From: Lingula anatina | Lineage: Eukaryota; Animalia; Brachiopoda | Reading direction: 5' to 3' | Assembly: GCA_051362555.1 (NCBI GenBank) | Contig: CM120644.1 | Coordinates: forward strand, 17,382,534 to 17,446,533 | Length of the DNA stretch: 64,000 nt | Shown: in pieces, positions 12,001 to 24,319 of the stretch | Position numbering within the stretch: position 1 is the stretch's first letter | How the letters are laid out: every line of letters starts with the position of its first letter | Made by a program: the position numbers and the translations under genes | The notes under the pieces: generated by a model | The model's input: the letters and a program-made list of their open reading frames with translations, nothing else | What the model was told of the DNA's origin: nothing | The model's database searches: none

Positions 12001-15000
12001 CAGTGCATGTGGTTCAAATGCTTTACCAGCAGTTCGCCAGCATCGTACCCGTCTGTCATCAGAGGTCAGACCAAAGCGACACTCATCAGAAAAAAATATA
12101 TATAGGACCAATTGTCATGGACTGTCCAGTTCCAGATCCTGTTGACCCTAGTTCACTCTACGTTGCCTGTTTTGTAACGATATAAGAGGTTTCAGTCTTG
12201 CTACCCTGCTGTACACTCTCTGAGCATGTAACCGACGCCTAGCAATTTTCACAGACACATTCTTATGTGTGAAATTTTTCCACTGTGTTGTCAACTGACA
12301 AGCAGTGTCGAACTTTGACAACCTGGACATCAAAATCAGTCGTCGGTCTTCACGGCCAGTAGTTTTTCTTGGACGACCCATCAGAGGCAATTTGTCTCTT
12401 GATCCAGTGTTTCTATACCGAGACCAGACCCTTTGCACGGTTCTGACTAAAAAATTCAAATGTATCGATATACTGACATTGCTTATATTCCGCCTCTTCA
12501 GGTTAATAACTTGCATCTATAACCGTTAGATAATTGCCTGTATCTTGCCATATTGGAGGAAGACAGGAATAACATTTGCTGTACATGTACAAGACCAACA
12601 ATACAATCCCATGGTACAGCGGTTTTATACTCATTAGTCACATTATAAGTAGACCAGGCATTATAATTACCCAACATCTGCCTACTTTTATTACTCTGAG
12701 TTAGGGGGTGACACTTCTTTTGTCCAGTGTGTGTATGTATATTGCATGTCTTTGTATTATCCAAAATTTTGAATATTTTTGATAGTTTTTGTCTTCATGT
12801 ATATATGCATTGTTGCCCAGAAAAATAAGATAATGCTTCCAGTAGTGAAATAACATGATTATGATTTGTGGTTATTAAATATTAAATATGGTCCCACGGT
12901 AAACAACATCTGTAGGCATGTGGAAAAAATGTTGGTGTGCAGCAGAGCCTGTGCCTCCCTCCCTTCCTCTCACTTAAGAGTTCAAATATTGAATTTTTTA
13001 ATACGAAATGTTTTGTGCATTTTTTAGGCCTGGTCGCCCAGTCAGATGTTAGCGTGGTCCTGTGGGAAGAAGCTGATACAGTGCAGTAGAGTACAGGTCC
13101 CCCCAGGAGAGGAGGATGTGGCTGAGAAAATGAAATACAGGGCAATGCGAGGGTATGGTCTCCAGGTAGGCATAATGACCTGTTATAAAAAGTGTGATCT
13201 CTTTTTAAACATCTTGACTAGATGAAATGAATGTGGTTGAGAAAATGAAATGCGGGGTATGAACTTCAGGTGAAGGATAACCTATTAGAAAAAAATAATA
13301 AATTGTAAACAAATCCATTGTAAATGCCATGGTTGTATAAAGCTATCAGATATACTTTCTTCTTACATCTTGGTAACAACTGATATTGAATAAAAATGAA
13401 AAACTTGCTTGTTAAGTTTCAAGTATCACATGAGATTTATTCAATAATTTGAGAAGAACTTCTTCTAATGTTATATTTTTAGACAGAACAGGTATGGCAG
13501 AACACTGAACTTGTGGGAAATGATAGACAGCTGAAAAGTATGTGGAGCTGGATAGATAATATCCTTTGAATGTGGCGAGTTCTTTTCTAGTATTTTACCA
13601 TCAGTTGTACTGTCCCAAAGGAAGTGATTTTAATAAATATGAGAACATGAAAAGAAGTGTTTTTGCAGGTAAAATGTTATTAAAAAATAACAGTAACAAC
13701 GAAAGATCTTTAAATTAAAATTATTTTCAAGAATTTGTAAAAATATTTTTCTGAGGTTGACATATTTGCCTTGATCAACAGCAGTTAATTAGAATGGTCA
13801 AAGAATTGAGAAAATTGAGTTTTTTAAAAATTTTTTTTCAGGCTGTAACTTATCTGATTTTACAAGTTTATAGAAATTAATGCTTATTATGATGAAATAG
13901 GTTGATAAACAATTTCCTTAACAATGATCACCAGTCAGGAGTCTATGGCAAGAAGGGAAACTGAAGACAATGATTAAGAACGCTCCAAAATATTACGGCA
14001 TCAAGTCTATCCTCCGTGGCGAGGTGAGCCAAAATGGAGTCACCAATTTCAGCGAATACAGCTATGCACCATGGGAAGGTGTAGATGGTAAAAATCGTCT
14101 GCAGCCCAAGCTATACAAAAGTGATGAAAGGTACGTTTGTTGATGTCATTGTTTTGTTTGAAGTTTGGATGAAATAAATTATATGTCAAGATTTGTGCTG
14201 TTTAATATCATGGGATTGTGATTCATTTAAGTTGTATAATGAATCTTGGTAAAATTTGCTTTTTTGTCAGTCAGACAAAAAGTTATTGACTGTAAAACTT
14301 AATGATACAGTACATTGACTATTGTAAGGATTTTTAAATTTTTTTCTCCTTTTTTCAGTTAATGTTGTGTTACCAATGTTATTTGCTTTAACAACATTTC
14401 AGCAAAAGCAGAGGAAAAAAAAGAAGTTTCTAATTTTCAAATATTTTTTTTTCATTCTAGGAAAAAATGCCTACAGCTATGTTGTTGGGACTTTGACAGT
14501 GAAGCAGAGTTAAATACAGTAATAGACAGGTAAGTCTATGTTTTTTTTTGTTTGTTTACGAAGGATATAATGCTGACTACCTGAATCTTTCTAGGGACTC
14601 TCATCTGCAAACACGGCTTTCACTTCTTGTGTTTTATATGGCATTTTACTGGAATGGAGTCCCTCTTCATATCAAAGTGAATGAATTAAATTTGATTCAT
14701 CCAGCTATATCATACTGAGATAACGAGAAAATTAAAATTTGGATCTCTATTTCAGTGTAAAGATTCAGATTAGATTCAGTATTAGATTTGATTTTTTTTC
14801 TCATTATCTCAGAAGTTCCTCTTCAGTACAGAATGTTTTATTTTGATAGTTCACATTCTGTATTTTAACTGTATAGATTAGAGTCTGATGGAGAATATGA
14901 GAGAGCAGCACTGGTGGCTTTGTTCAACTTAAAGATCAAGAGAGCACTAGATGTGTTAAACAAGGGGGCCTCTGGAACAGGTAGGTTTTGTCACAGATTT

Positions 15001-18000
15001 TGTGATTAGTTTATTATAAAAAATTTCATTTATTTTGTCATAAAATTTTGGAAGCATTATAAAGATCATAAGAGGATGAAAGCTTGAAGGTATCTAAAAC
15101 TTTTTATGCAAAAAATCGAAAATCAAATATTGCACAAAGGCTAACAGAGGGCTCATCAAGAACAAGTTGAATTGCAGCATAAAAGATCAGTGCATTAAAT
15201 TTAACTGAACCACTTGCTGCATAATTCCCCTATAGACACTTAATAGATTATTCGCAAGGATTATGCAGTTATTTTTCAAGCAGGTCAGCCATATTTGATC
15301 CATGGATCTGTTAGTCTGCAGATTAACAATAATAACTCTTTGTTTCGGCCAAAAAATGAATTTTCCTGGAGTAAACAACAATTTTCCCATACTTACCAAT
15401 GGTTAATGAATCCATTTTTACATTCAAAGTTAGTCCCTGGTTTTTTTCTAAAAAGTTTGGTTTTTTGTTAAAATCTCTTAAGAGATTTTAACAGAGTATA
15501 GCCATCAATGGAGGTCACGTGGTCTAAAGACAAGTTCAGATATCAGAATAAAAGCTATAACTGCTGTTTTTGTGGTAAAACAGAATAAATTATATTTCTA
15601 TGAGTTATTCACAAGGTTTTTATTGTGAAATATAGATCTCATACCAAGAGTTATTATCCCTTTAAGTTGTGAATGCAGCAATATTTATTTAATAATTTTT
15701 ACCGAATTTCAGGTGGTGATGTCAACCTAAGCATTGTTGCCATGGCACTGAGTGGGTTCTCAGATGACAAAAACACACTGTGGCGCGACATGTGGAGTAA
15801 CGCCCTGTCCACGTCACTGAAAAACGCAAATCTTCGTTCCATGTTTGCTTTCTTAACCAGCGGGATGGAGAACTTTGACGCTGTACTTAATGAAGAGGAC
15901 ATGTGCGTCCAGGATAGAGTAGCCTTTGCCTGCATGTACCTTTGTGATAGCAAGGTAGGGTATTCTAACACTGTGGTCAAGTATTCAATAATTTTTTTAA
16001 AAAGTTGACGATCCAAGAAAATGAGACCTCTATAGAAGATTTGATGGAAAAAAATTTGAGGCAGTTAGTTAAGATTTTTGATAAAAGACAAGAACAATTG
16101 TACTCAACAGGTGTCTTATAAGCCTGAAGGGCTGGGTGTTCAAAACACAAGACAGGTAAATAAATAAATGATGATATTCTAATACTCGATCAAGTGGAAT
16201 ATTCCAGTACTGCTGTTTTTATCTGAGTGCATGGGATTATGCCTGATTTCAGAATGTTCAGACTTCATTTTGATAAATTTTTTCGTATGTTCAAAATGCG
16301 ATGAGAAATTGCAAGCTAGATTTTCAGAATTTTCAGTTTTTTTTAACTTTCACCAATGTGAATATATTTTAGTATCAGAAAATGGAATTTTTTCAGGCAC
16401 TTCAAAATGCAATATTCTAGGTACTACAAGATGCAATATTACAATTCTGTTTTCAAATTTGTATATTATAAGACATACTTGTGCTTTAAAATGCGATTTT
16501 TCAGTTCTGTTGTCAAAATGGAATGTTTGAGGTACTTCAAAATAGAATATTTCAGCACTGTTGTCAAATGACACTTTTATAGGTAGTTTGAAATGAAAGA
16601 TTCCAGTTTTTCAGAATGTCATACCTGAATGATTTTGACTGCCTCTGAGATTAAAATCATCACAATCCTCTCTATGTTTTACTCGTTTTAATGAGGAAAA
16701 TTACTTCTTTTATTTGCAAATCATTTTATTATGGCACTTTGCCTGAAATAACAAAAGACATGTACATGTATTTTTAATTTCTGTCCAGCTAATGGAATAC
16801 ATCGACACACTGACAGCTGAAATGATCAATGGGGGAGTTTTAGAGGGAATTCTACTTACAGGTGAGTATAATGGGACAAGACTATCAAAAACACAGGTGT
16901 GTAATAGAGGCACCTGCATTACAGATCCACTGTTTTCCAGACCTTTGTTTGAGTGGAGTTCTTTTATTGTATAACAATTAAATATTAGAAAAATGTAGGT
17001 CTATGGATTTTTTAAAAGTAAATGTAAGCACAGATCCGTCATTATTGAAGTATAATTTGAAAAGAAAGCATTGTTGAAAGGTTTTGATAACACTCGCATG
17101 ACTCAAGATAAAGGTGGGATTTTAACAACTTACCATGTCTCCTCTTTACAAATTTTTCCTTTCTTGTGAACAGGTTTTGGTATTTAAAAGAATTAATGTA
17201 CATTTCTTATGTACAATTCCTCTTTTCCTGTTCTTACAAAGGTGAAATGATTTTTAAATCATTAATATATCTTAAAAGATCTTATATATTATTTAGTATA
17301 TTTTAATTGACTCAATAAAGACAAGATACAGATAACTTATAAATAGTGATTCCTCATTTGATTTTCATATTTTGTATCCAGGTTTCGGCAGAGATGGAGT
17401 GGACCTCCTCCAGAAGTATGTGGACAACACGGGGGATGTCCAGACGGCCTCGCTGGCCGTGGTCCAAGCTCTGCCGGGAGAGATAAGCAAAGATGTCAGG
17501 GTGCAGACGTGGATTGAGAGGTGAGAATTGAGAAGTCAAGATCAGTAATAGTGTAGTAATTCTTCACCAATGTTGGCTGTTTGATATTGATGTGATTTAA
17601 AGGAAAATAAATGCATAAAATCATTGATATAGTAATTGTGATAAAAATGGTAGCAATTTTGATTAAAAGCAATTTTATATTTGTTTGTCAACTGTAAATT
17701 GAGAGATGTTCTCAATGCGGTGCAACATCAAATGATGCATCTTGCTCTTACTTGTCATAAATGTAGCCAAAAAGTAAAAAAAACAGACCTGCTAAGTCAA
17801 GATATATTTGTTTCTCAACTAAAAAATAATAGGACATTCTTAACCAAATGACAGTGTTCAAACAATCTTTTTCTTTCTGAAATTGCTGATATTTTATTTG
17901 ATATTTCTCCTTTAGTAAAAGTAAAAAAAGACCTGTTAAGTCAAGATATATTTGTTTCTCAACTAAAAAAAAAAGACATTTTTAACCAAATGACAATGTT

Positions 18001-18864
18001 TAAACAATCTATTTTTTTCTGAAATTGTTGATATTTTATTTGATATTTCTCCTTCAGTTATCGCAGTCTGTTGGACAGATGGGGAATGTGGTATCAAAGG
18101 TAAGCAGACGACAATTGTTATGAAAAGTGTCAAACACTGTAACATAAACCTAGCTCATCATTTAAAGACCAATTTTCTCATTTAAATGGACGAAGGTCAT
18201 TGTACAAATTTAAAGACTTATTTTTTCAGTCTTCTAGTTAAAACCAATTCTTGTACGTCCTTTTATTTTTGAGTTGAGTATAGATGATACTTCCAAGGTA
18301 AATTTTTTTTAAAATTAAACATTTTGGTTCCAGAATAAAAGAAGGACGACTGTTTTGCCTTCTAAGTGCTTAAAATGTTAATTATCATTTATACCTTGTA
18401 TAAACATTACTGAGAACTGAACAGACTATTAATAATGAAAATCCTGCAAATTCCAGGGCGGAGTTTGATGTGCGCAGAGCGTCATGTGATGCCAGCATAC
18501 GACCTCCAACCCAGGTCTTCGCCAGCTGTAACTTTTGTGGGAAGTCCATCTCATCCTCGGCCAACAGAAGAAATCAGTTTCTGTCTTATGGAGGAGGGCC
18601 TGCAGCTAACAAACCTAAGGTACATGTGGCCAATTTATGAGTTTGATCAGAACTTTTTTTTTTAACAACAAGTAATCTAATCTGTATGCTAAAAAATACC
18701 TATTCGATGTAACTATGTAGTCAGCTACAGGTCCTTTTGTCTTTGTAACAGTTGTCAAATGTTAGAAGATCTAATGTTAGTTTCAGAGAGTTTGTGAAAA
18801 TCATATCTCTCTCCCTCACACCCACCCTTGCTCTGTTTTTCTTTCTCACACAAACACTCTCTTT

Positions 18865-18919
<55 letters not shown>

Positions 18920-19989
18920 ACTCATTCTCTCTCTCTTGCATATATTACAATAAACAAGCCATAGAACTATTTACTCTAGGTAACTGCCTGCCCAGGCTGT
19001 AGAAAACCCTTACCAAGGTGTGCACTGTGCTTAATACACATGGGGACAAGCTCAGGGACAGCCACCTTTAGACACAAGTCAGAAAGGACAGGTGATTATA
19101 AGTGCATCAATCTTTCTTACTATAAATGATTCGGATTTAAGAATTTGTATGATTTTGTTGAAATGATGAGTATTTCGAATGGATTGCTAAAAGAATTGAA
19201 TAAATAGAATGGTTTTATATTCATGATTAGATATATGGAATTGCATACAAATTTTGAATTTATAAATTGCTGAAATTGGACAGAAAATGGGTTTTTATTG
19301 ACAGATCATGATTTATGTTTTAAGATGAAATTGCTGTTGTTCAGAAATTATACAGAAAGTGTTTTGTGTTGCAGGTTCACACCACAGTAACAGTAACATG
19401 ATTTTAGCTCCTTTTTCTGATTGGTTCACCTGGTGCCAGAGTTGTCGTCATGGCGGCCATTCCCAGCACATAGCTGATTGGTTTAGGTAAGAATGGATTT
19501 CCTCTATTTTCTAGATCTTTTTTTGGTTTAGGTAAGAAGGGGCTTTTTTGGTGTGAGATAAGTTACATGTAGTTTCCTCTGTGAAGCTGATGTAAATGGG
19601 ATGATTATGTTTTTTGGCCTCACATTGCTCGTATTTGTACTGTTAGAGTAACAGTTATACGATATCCTTGTCAGAGTACAATTACAGTATTTCACATTTG
19701 AAAGTTTACAGGGTGGGTGGGAGAGAAAATGGTAATCAATTTTTACCCTTCCTTTTCAATATCCTTTATTTGTACATTCATGGTGGTTTCATTCATTTGT
19801 GTGTATTAATTGCATGGTAGAATGGTGTAGTGTAGTGTAGTGTATTGCATTGCATTGCATTGTTTCAGTATTGCATTGTATTATTCCAGAGACCACAGTG
19901 AGTGCCCAGTGACAGGCTGTACATGTAAATGTATGACACTAGACTCTATGTACCAGGCAGTTCACTCTGAGGAACATGGAGCTACATAG
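6052..19989 (+). CDS. MIOS: GATOR2 complex protein MIOS (WD40 propeller, alpha-solenoid, C-terminal zinc-binding/RING region)
   Basis: 24 coding exons assembled in frame: 6052-6172, 6841-6911, 7562-7641, 8119-8171, 8357-8415, 8801-8972, 9296-9394, 9632-9726, 10111-10208, 10506-10624, 11042-11157, 13028-13165, 13483-13558, 13932-14130, 14461-14529, 14877-14980, 15713-15954, 16789-16861, 17382-17520, 18058-18099, 18457-18619, 18980-19091, 19375-19486, 19890-19989. Peptides match MIOS as I recall it: [119 protein letters not shown]. Confidence 0.97.
11345..12733 (-). mobile_element. Tc1-family (DD34E) DNA transposon, full length but decayed, in a MIOS intron
   Basis: 29-bp TIRs (cacacactggacaaaagaagtgtcacccc and its reverse complement) flanked by TA at 11343-11344 and 12734-12735. 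Minus-strand transposase fragments: GRPRKTT..EDR (HTH linker), FSDECRF, MVWGCI, and [23 protein letters not shown] with 34 residues between the second D and the E. Confidence 0.95.
11518..12551 (-). pseudogene. Tc1 transposase pseudogene (frameshifts and stops)
   Basis: Coding sequence is split across ORFs 12498-12764 (MARYRQLS...), 12148-12516, 11899-12111 and 11518-11883. Confidence 0.9.
13559..13931 (+). other. MIOS: U12-type (minor spliceosome) AT-AC intron in MIOS
   Basis: 5' end ATATCCTTT at 13559, branch site TTTCCTTAAC at 13913-13922, and terminal AC at 13930-13931. Splicing here keeps the frame (..[20 protein letters not shown]). Confidence 0.93.
15331..15661. mobile_element. Second copy of the TTAA (Kolobok-like) MITE, in a MIOS intron
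   Basis: Aligns along its length with 3785-4120. Right end gagttattatccct|ttaa is intact and the left end is eroded. Confidence 0.7.
17770..18057 (+). repeat. ~145-bp tandem duplication of a MIOS intron 3' end (acceptor region)
   Basis: 17770-17915 and 17917-18057 are near-identical. They end in ..tttctcctttag and ..tttctccttcag respectively, and the second is the in-frame acceptor. Confidence 0.85.
18868..18916. repeat. (CA)n microsatellite
   Basis: Direct dinucleotide run in a MIOS intron. Confidence 0.95.
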
Positions 19990-21536
19990 AAATAACCCAG
20001 TGTGCAAAGACAGGCCAAGTATGGGAGAGAGAGTGAGGGGTGGGGTTGGTCCTACACCCATGCCCCTAATGTAGAGGAGTCTAAGAGCTGCCAGTGACTA
20101 TGACAGTTCACTGTGTAAACATAGCCCTAGCCCATTGTACCTAGGGACTGCCCATGCTGTGCCCCCTGCGACTGATTCAGAGGCAAAAGTTGCTTTTGCA
20201 ATCCAGCCATGACAACCAGCTTTTAACTATAAACTTGCTGTCTCTGATGACTTATAATGAGAGCCAGTAAATCCAAAGCGTGTTTCTACTTTAAGACAGA
20301 TATCTAAAAGCCATAAACTACACTTCCATACATTAAGGAACTTTCAGGGAAGGGCTTACAGCTTACTGGACCAACCTGTCCAGTTGACGTGTAGGCTAGT
20401 GGCTCCATCTAGGAGTGTGATACTCTTCAGGGAATAGTGGCTCCATCTAGAGTTATGATGCTCTCCAGGGAATGGTAACTCCCAAAATGTCAAAGACATG
20501 CACCAGAATAATGAAGTCAATGTAGTTATCACTGTGCCATTTGCTAAATTATTCTGAAACTTTTAAGTTGAGCTTGAGCAAATAACAACGACCAGTTGTT
20601 TAGTAATTGGTTAAGAAAAATATAATCTTATGTAATTTATAAAGCAGTGAGATAAAAAAATTAATGCATTCCTTTCATAAGCTCCAATATTAAGGATATT
20701 GAGTAATTGTTGTTATCTTGTTTATTGTTATCTCCGAAGGGATAACTTAATTTACCGAAAAGAATTTTATTTGAAGATACACAACATACATTGTTATAAT
20801 TAGAACCAAAGGAAGGTCGATTCATTTGCATCAAAATGTTGTTTTTTAATCGATTTGTATTTACGACATTAATCATATCTTCAAAACTGTTGGACATTTT
20901 TATTATAAGATAAATCATTTGAGTTGTTGAAAGTTGATTCTGCATAAGAGGAAAATTAATGCAAAGTATTTCTTCATGTTTTGGTCTAAAAATTTCCCTT
21001 GTATGCCTTTAGATTTGAAATTAAACAAGATTTACCTGTAACATTGATACTTGGTTAAAAAAGTAATCAAACTTCCATGTGAATGACGAAGGTAGGAGTG
21101 TGCCATAACTAAATGAATGGAAATTAATGTTCAGCAATCTGACTGTTATTTAATAATTAACCGTAAAAACAACAAACTTATCAGTGTATATTGATATTAT
21201 TCAGTGCAGTTTGTAAAGGATACTCTAAAAGGGATTATCTATTTATCACAAGTCAACTTTATGCAAATTTCTCCATAACTTGGAGAGTTAAATTTCCCAA
21301 TTCTTCAGAAAAAAAAAAGATTTTATACAAGTAGTGCTTCTCATATAGAAACAGTTCAGACAGAAGGAGTAAAACAATCCAGTTTAAGTTATTTTTTATT
21401 TCTGAGATACGAAACTGTAAAAGATTTTAATGGGAAACAAAGATTATTGGTGTAATCTCTGTGTCACTGTCAGAAAAGATCACTTAACAATTCATTTCAT
21501 TTCGAGAGAACAGTTTCATTAGCTCTGTATGTATAA

Positions 21537-21736
21537 ATTCAAATTGTTTTTCTTTTTATCAAGAGCTTGTAAAATATGTGGGTATTACCTCCAATATTTC
21601 TGTAGCTGTCAGTCACCATCATCAGGGAGTAAATGACTAGGGTCATTTCACCTGGAATGATTAGGGGCAATTGACCTGGATTTCATTCCCACATATTTTA
21701 CAAGCTCTTGATAAAAAGAAAAACAATAATTTGAAT
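21537..21736. repeat. Fold-back element: 40-bp perfect inverted repeat with ~105-bp spacer
   Basis: 21543-21582 (attgtttttctttttatcaagagcttgtaaaatatgtggg) is the exact reverse complement of 21688-21727. The spacer carries an internal ~25-bp degenerate direct repeat. Confidence 0.85.
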
Positions 21737-22472
21737 CGTTTCATTTCATTTTTATTATTTAGCACAGCATCTTTCAAAACATCTGTAAGATGTAACACCC
21801 GACTATTTTAGAAGTAATAAATATCATCATATATGTACATAAGAAACAAGTCGAGAATCACTTGTACCGAATTAAATACAAATACCATGAATGATGGTAA
21901 ATGAGTACCTTGTAAGGGAATGACAGATTCTATACTTCAACGTCTAAGAATTTCCTTTAACAACAAACAAAAAAGTACATGGGTCAATCCATAGGAAAAA
22001 AAGGAAATATTCCAGTCACCTCGATATTCAGTAATACTTGTTACTGAAACCCCAAGTTAAATGAATGAGAATTTCAAATGGGGCTGACATACAGTTAAGA
22101 AATTCCAGACAACCATGGTTTTAGCCTTGCCATTCTTGTTCACTTTACAGCATAGACATCTTAACAGGTGCTCACAGCACTTCAAGGTGTGTTACTTTAG
22201 ACACAGATGTCACTGCTGAGGTCAGAGGGTCTGGTATTGTATGAATGGGCAAATTGGGTGTGTGGATAAAGATTTCTCTGGTTTGGGGTAAGGTACATGA
22301 ACTGCATGAATATACCAATTAGACTGAACACTAATATTCATAATCTCCAGATTATTCCACGCTACAATTAGTGTGTATCCATCCAACTGGCAATGTCCTA
22401 TTTTTGTCACATTAGTTTCAGATGTATGTATACCAGTTCCCCTGTATGCAATTCTTGTAACCTGAAATTCAG

Positions 22473-22619
22473 GGTCCCGTAACTCGAAAGCATCGCCCAC
22501 TGCAAATAGCTATATCACATAGAGGCTACAGTGTATTATATGGGGCGGGTATGGGCAAGTTATGGAATCAAGACACTTGCGCTCGGTCGCAAGGCGTGAT
22601 GCTTTTGAGTTACAGGGCC
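22473..22619. mobile_element. ~150-bp PIF/Harbinger-like MITE (CWG target duplication)
   Basis: cag|GGTCCCGTAACTCGAAAGCATC...GATGCTTTTGAGTTACAGGGCC|cag. Related copies at 35415-35561 and 38389-38536, and a partial copy at ~44060-44180. Confidence 0.7.
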
Positions 22620-22864
22620 CAGTTGCCTCACCAACCAGTGGTGTCCATTACACATAATTTTTACAATGATGTCCTGAAAAACTCTAGTCTTCCTGCCATG
22701 TCCTTAATTTTCTCCACTGAAAGATCCATTATTTTTTCAATCATCCTCAGTCTGTTCCATTTGACGGGTAAAATGCTTTGTAAGCATTGTCATTAAAATA
22801 TATGCAATATTGTCATATTTTGGCAGGAATTAACTTCCAACAGTTTTTTTTTTGTCTTTTCTTT

Positions 22865-24206
22865 TTATTCCATTGGCTCCAGGGGTCCCCCTTGGATGTA
22901 ATGATCCTTCAAACTGTGGGATAATTTTATGGCTTTGTTATATGTCTCCATATCTGAAATAATTTTCAAAATGATTCTTTATGGAAAAATTGTAAAAAGA
23001 AAAAACTGCAAAAGATGCTTTTTATCAAAGTTTTTAGTGAAATGGGGGGCCAGACCATCCAGGTCAATTAACAAGTGAAAGGTTGCAGCTTCAGTAGGCA
23101 TGACAAACATTTCAGCTGCTTAAGTTGTTTGCAATTTAGCAAGAATCCCCTTGGAGATAGATCGATCCACAGTTAGTACAAAAGGGTCTGGGAATGGTCC
23201 CTTATTCTCTTACCAAATGACTGTGTGACCTCAGGAGTAAAGGGGACATAGTTTTGACAGTTGATGTTGTTCCTGTTATCCACCACGCCATGCACTTCCA
23301 CAAGAAGGCTGGTTAGATCTTCACTGAGCTGGAAAAGGAAAATGAATATTGTATGAACCAAAACTGTCCATTCACTTACTGTGGTTGTGTGAAAAGACCT
23401 TACTTGGTCTACCTACATTATATTTAGATGTTATCTTGAGCAGTATGTCTATCAGGTATTGTATACACTTACCTGTTGATACATGCTTTATCTTTAGTGT
23501 TAAAAAACAATACTTAATGCGGGGAAAAAGACCCCCACTCAACAAAAAATAATTAATCTAAATATAAATAAAAACATACAAATGAAAAAGGCTTATAAAC
23601 ATAAAAGTGCCACCCTACTCACTGGTTCATTCAGAATGATGTGAACAGACTGTCCATCACTACTCTCCATTTGGAATGATGTGCCATTATTGTCAATCTG
23701 AAATAAAATGTAATTCTTCACAGTGTCTGCTGCTTTTACATTGGAGAGGGATCTTTTCAATCACTGATATTGGGCAGTTTTGTTTTGTTTGACAATGTAT
23801 ATAAACAGGAAACATAAAATTAGTGTGCTAGAAACACTGAGTCTGGTAAAAACTTCAGCTTACAGCCTTCTTAAAACAAAATGACATTCTGATCATCTCA
23901 GTCTATTTTCTTACATTATGTTTTCTTACGTTCTACCATTATTGAAGAAAAAAACACGTTATTAAGAAAGGCCTTGAATAAGTTTGTATCTGAAACGTGC
24001 TGCCTCTGCAAAAGTGTCATTGATAATACATGAGCAATTTCTTCGTTTTAGTCCGACATCTTTCTGTATTTTTCATCATGATAAATTTATAATCATAATG
24101 TGAACCGTCTCACCTCTTTCACGACACCCATAAGAGCGACATTATCTCCTTGGAAGGTGTGCAACATGGAAGCATTCACGCGGTGGCGAATATCTTGGCT
24201 ACTCAT
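22865..24206 (-). CDS. RPA3: Replication protein A 14 kDa subunit (OB fold)
   Basis: Four exons: 24206-24114 (MSSQDIRHRVNASML..VALMGVVKE), 23697-23623 (IDNNGTSFQMESSDGQSVHIILNEP), 23328-23214 (LSEDLTSLLVEVHGVV..CQNYVPF..SF), 22953-22865 (DMETYNKAIKLSH..EPME*). All introns are GT-AG and the peptide pattern matches RPA14. Confidence 0.93.
23047..23201. mobile_element. Short dispersed MITE-like repeat (second family) in an RPA3 intron
   Basis: Shares ..cccc(t/a)tggagatagatcgatcca....ggaatggtcc with 35808-36043 and 36541-36738. A reverse partial copy lies at ~50335-50410. Confidence 0.55.
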
Positions 24207-24319
24207 TTTATCAGTGCAGTGTTGATGGCTATTTTTTCCGCGAAATTCGCAGGTGGCGGGTGATAGAATGCGCATGCGTGCAATCCCACAATGCACATCT
24301 CTGGCTATGTCCGGTAAAG
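24207..24319. promoter_or_regulatory. Compact bidirectional promoter region of RPA3/UMAD1 with E2F-, NRF1- and ZNF143(SBS)-like motifs
   Basis: TTTCCGCGAAA at 24235-24245 (E2F-like), TGCGCATGCGTG at 24269-24280 (NRF1-like) and TCCCACAATGCA at ~24284-24295 (Staf/ZNF143-like). A plus-strand donor AAG|gtaaac at 24319 suggests a UMAD1 non-coding exon 1 only ~110 bp from the RPA3 ATG. Confidence 0.7.
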
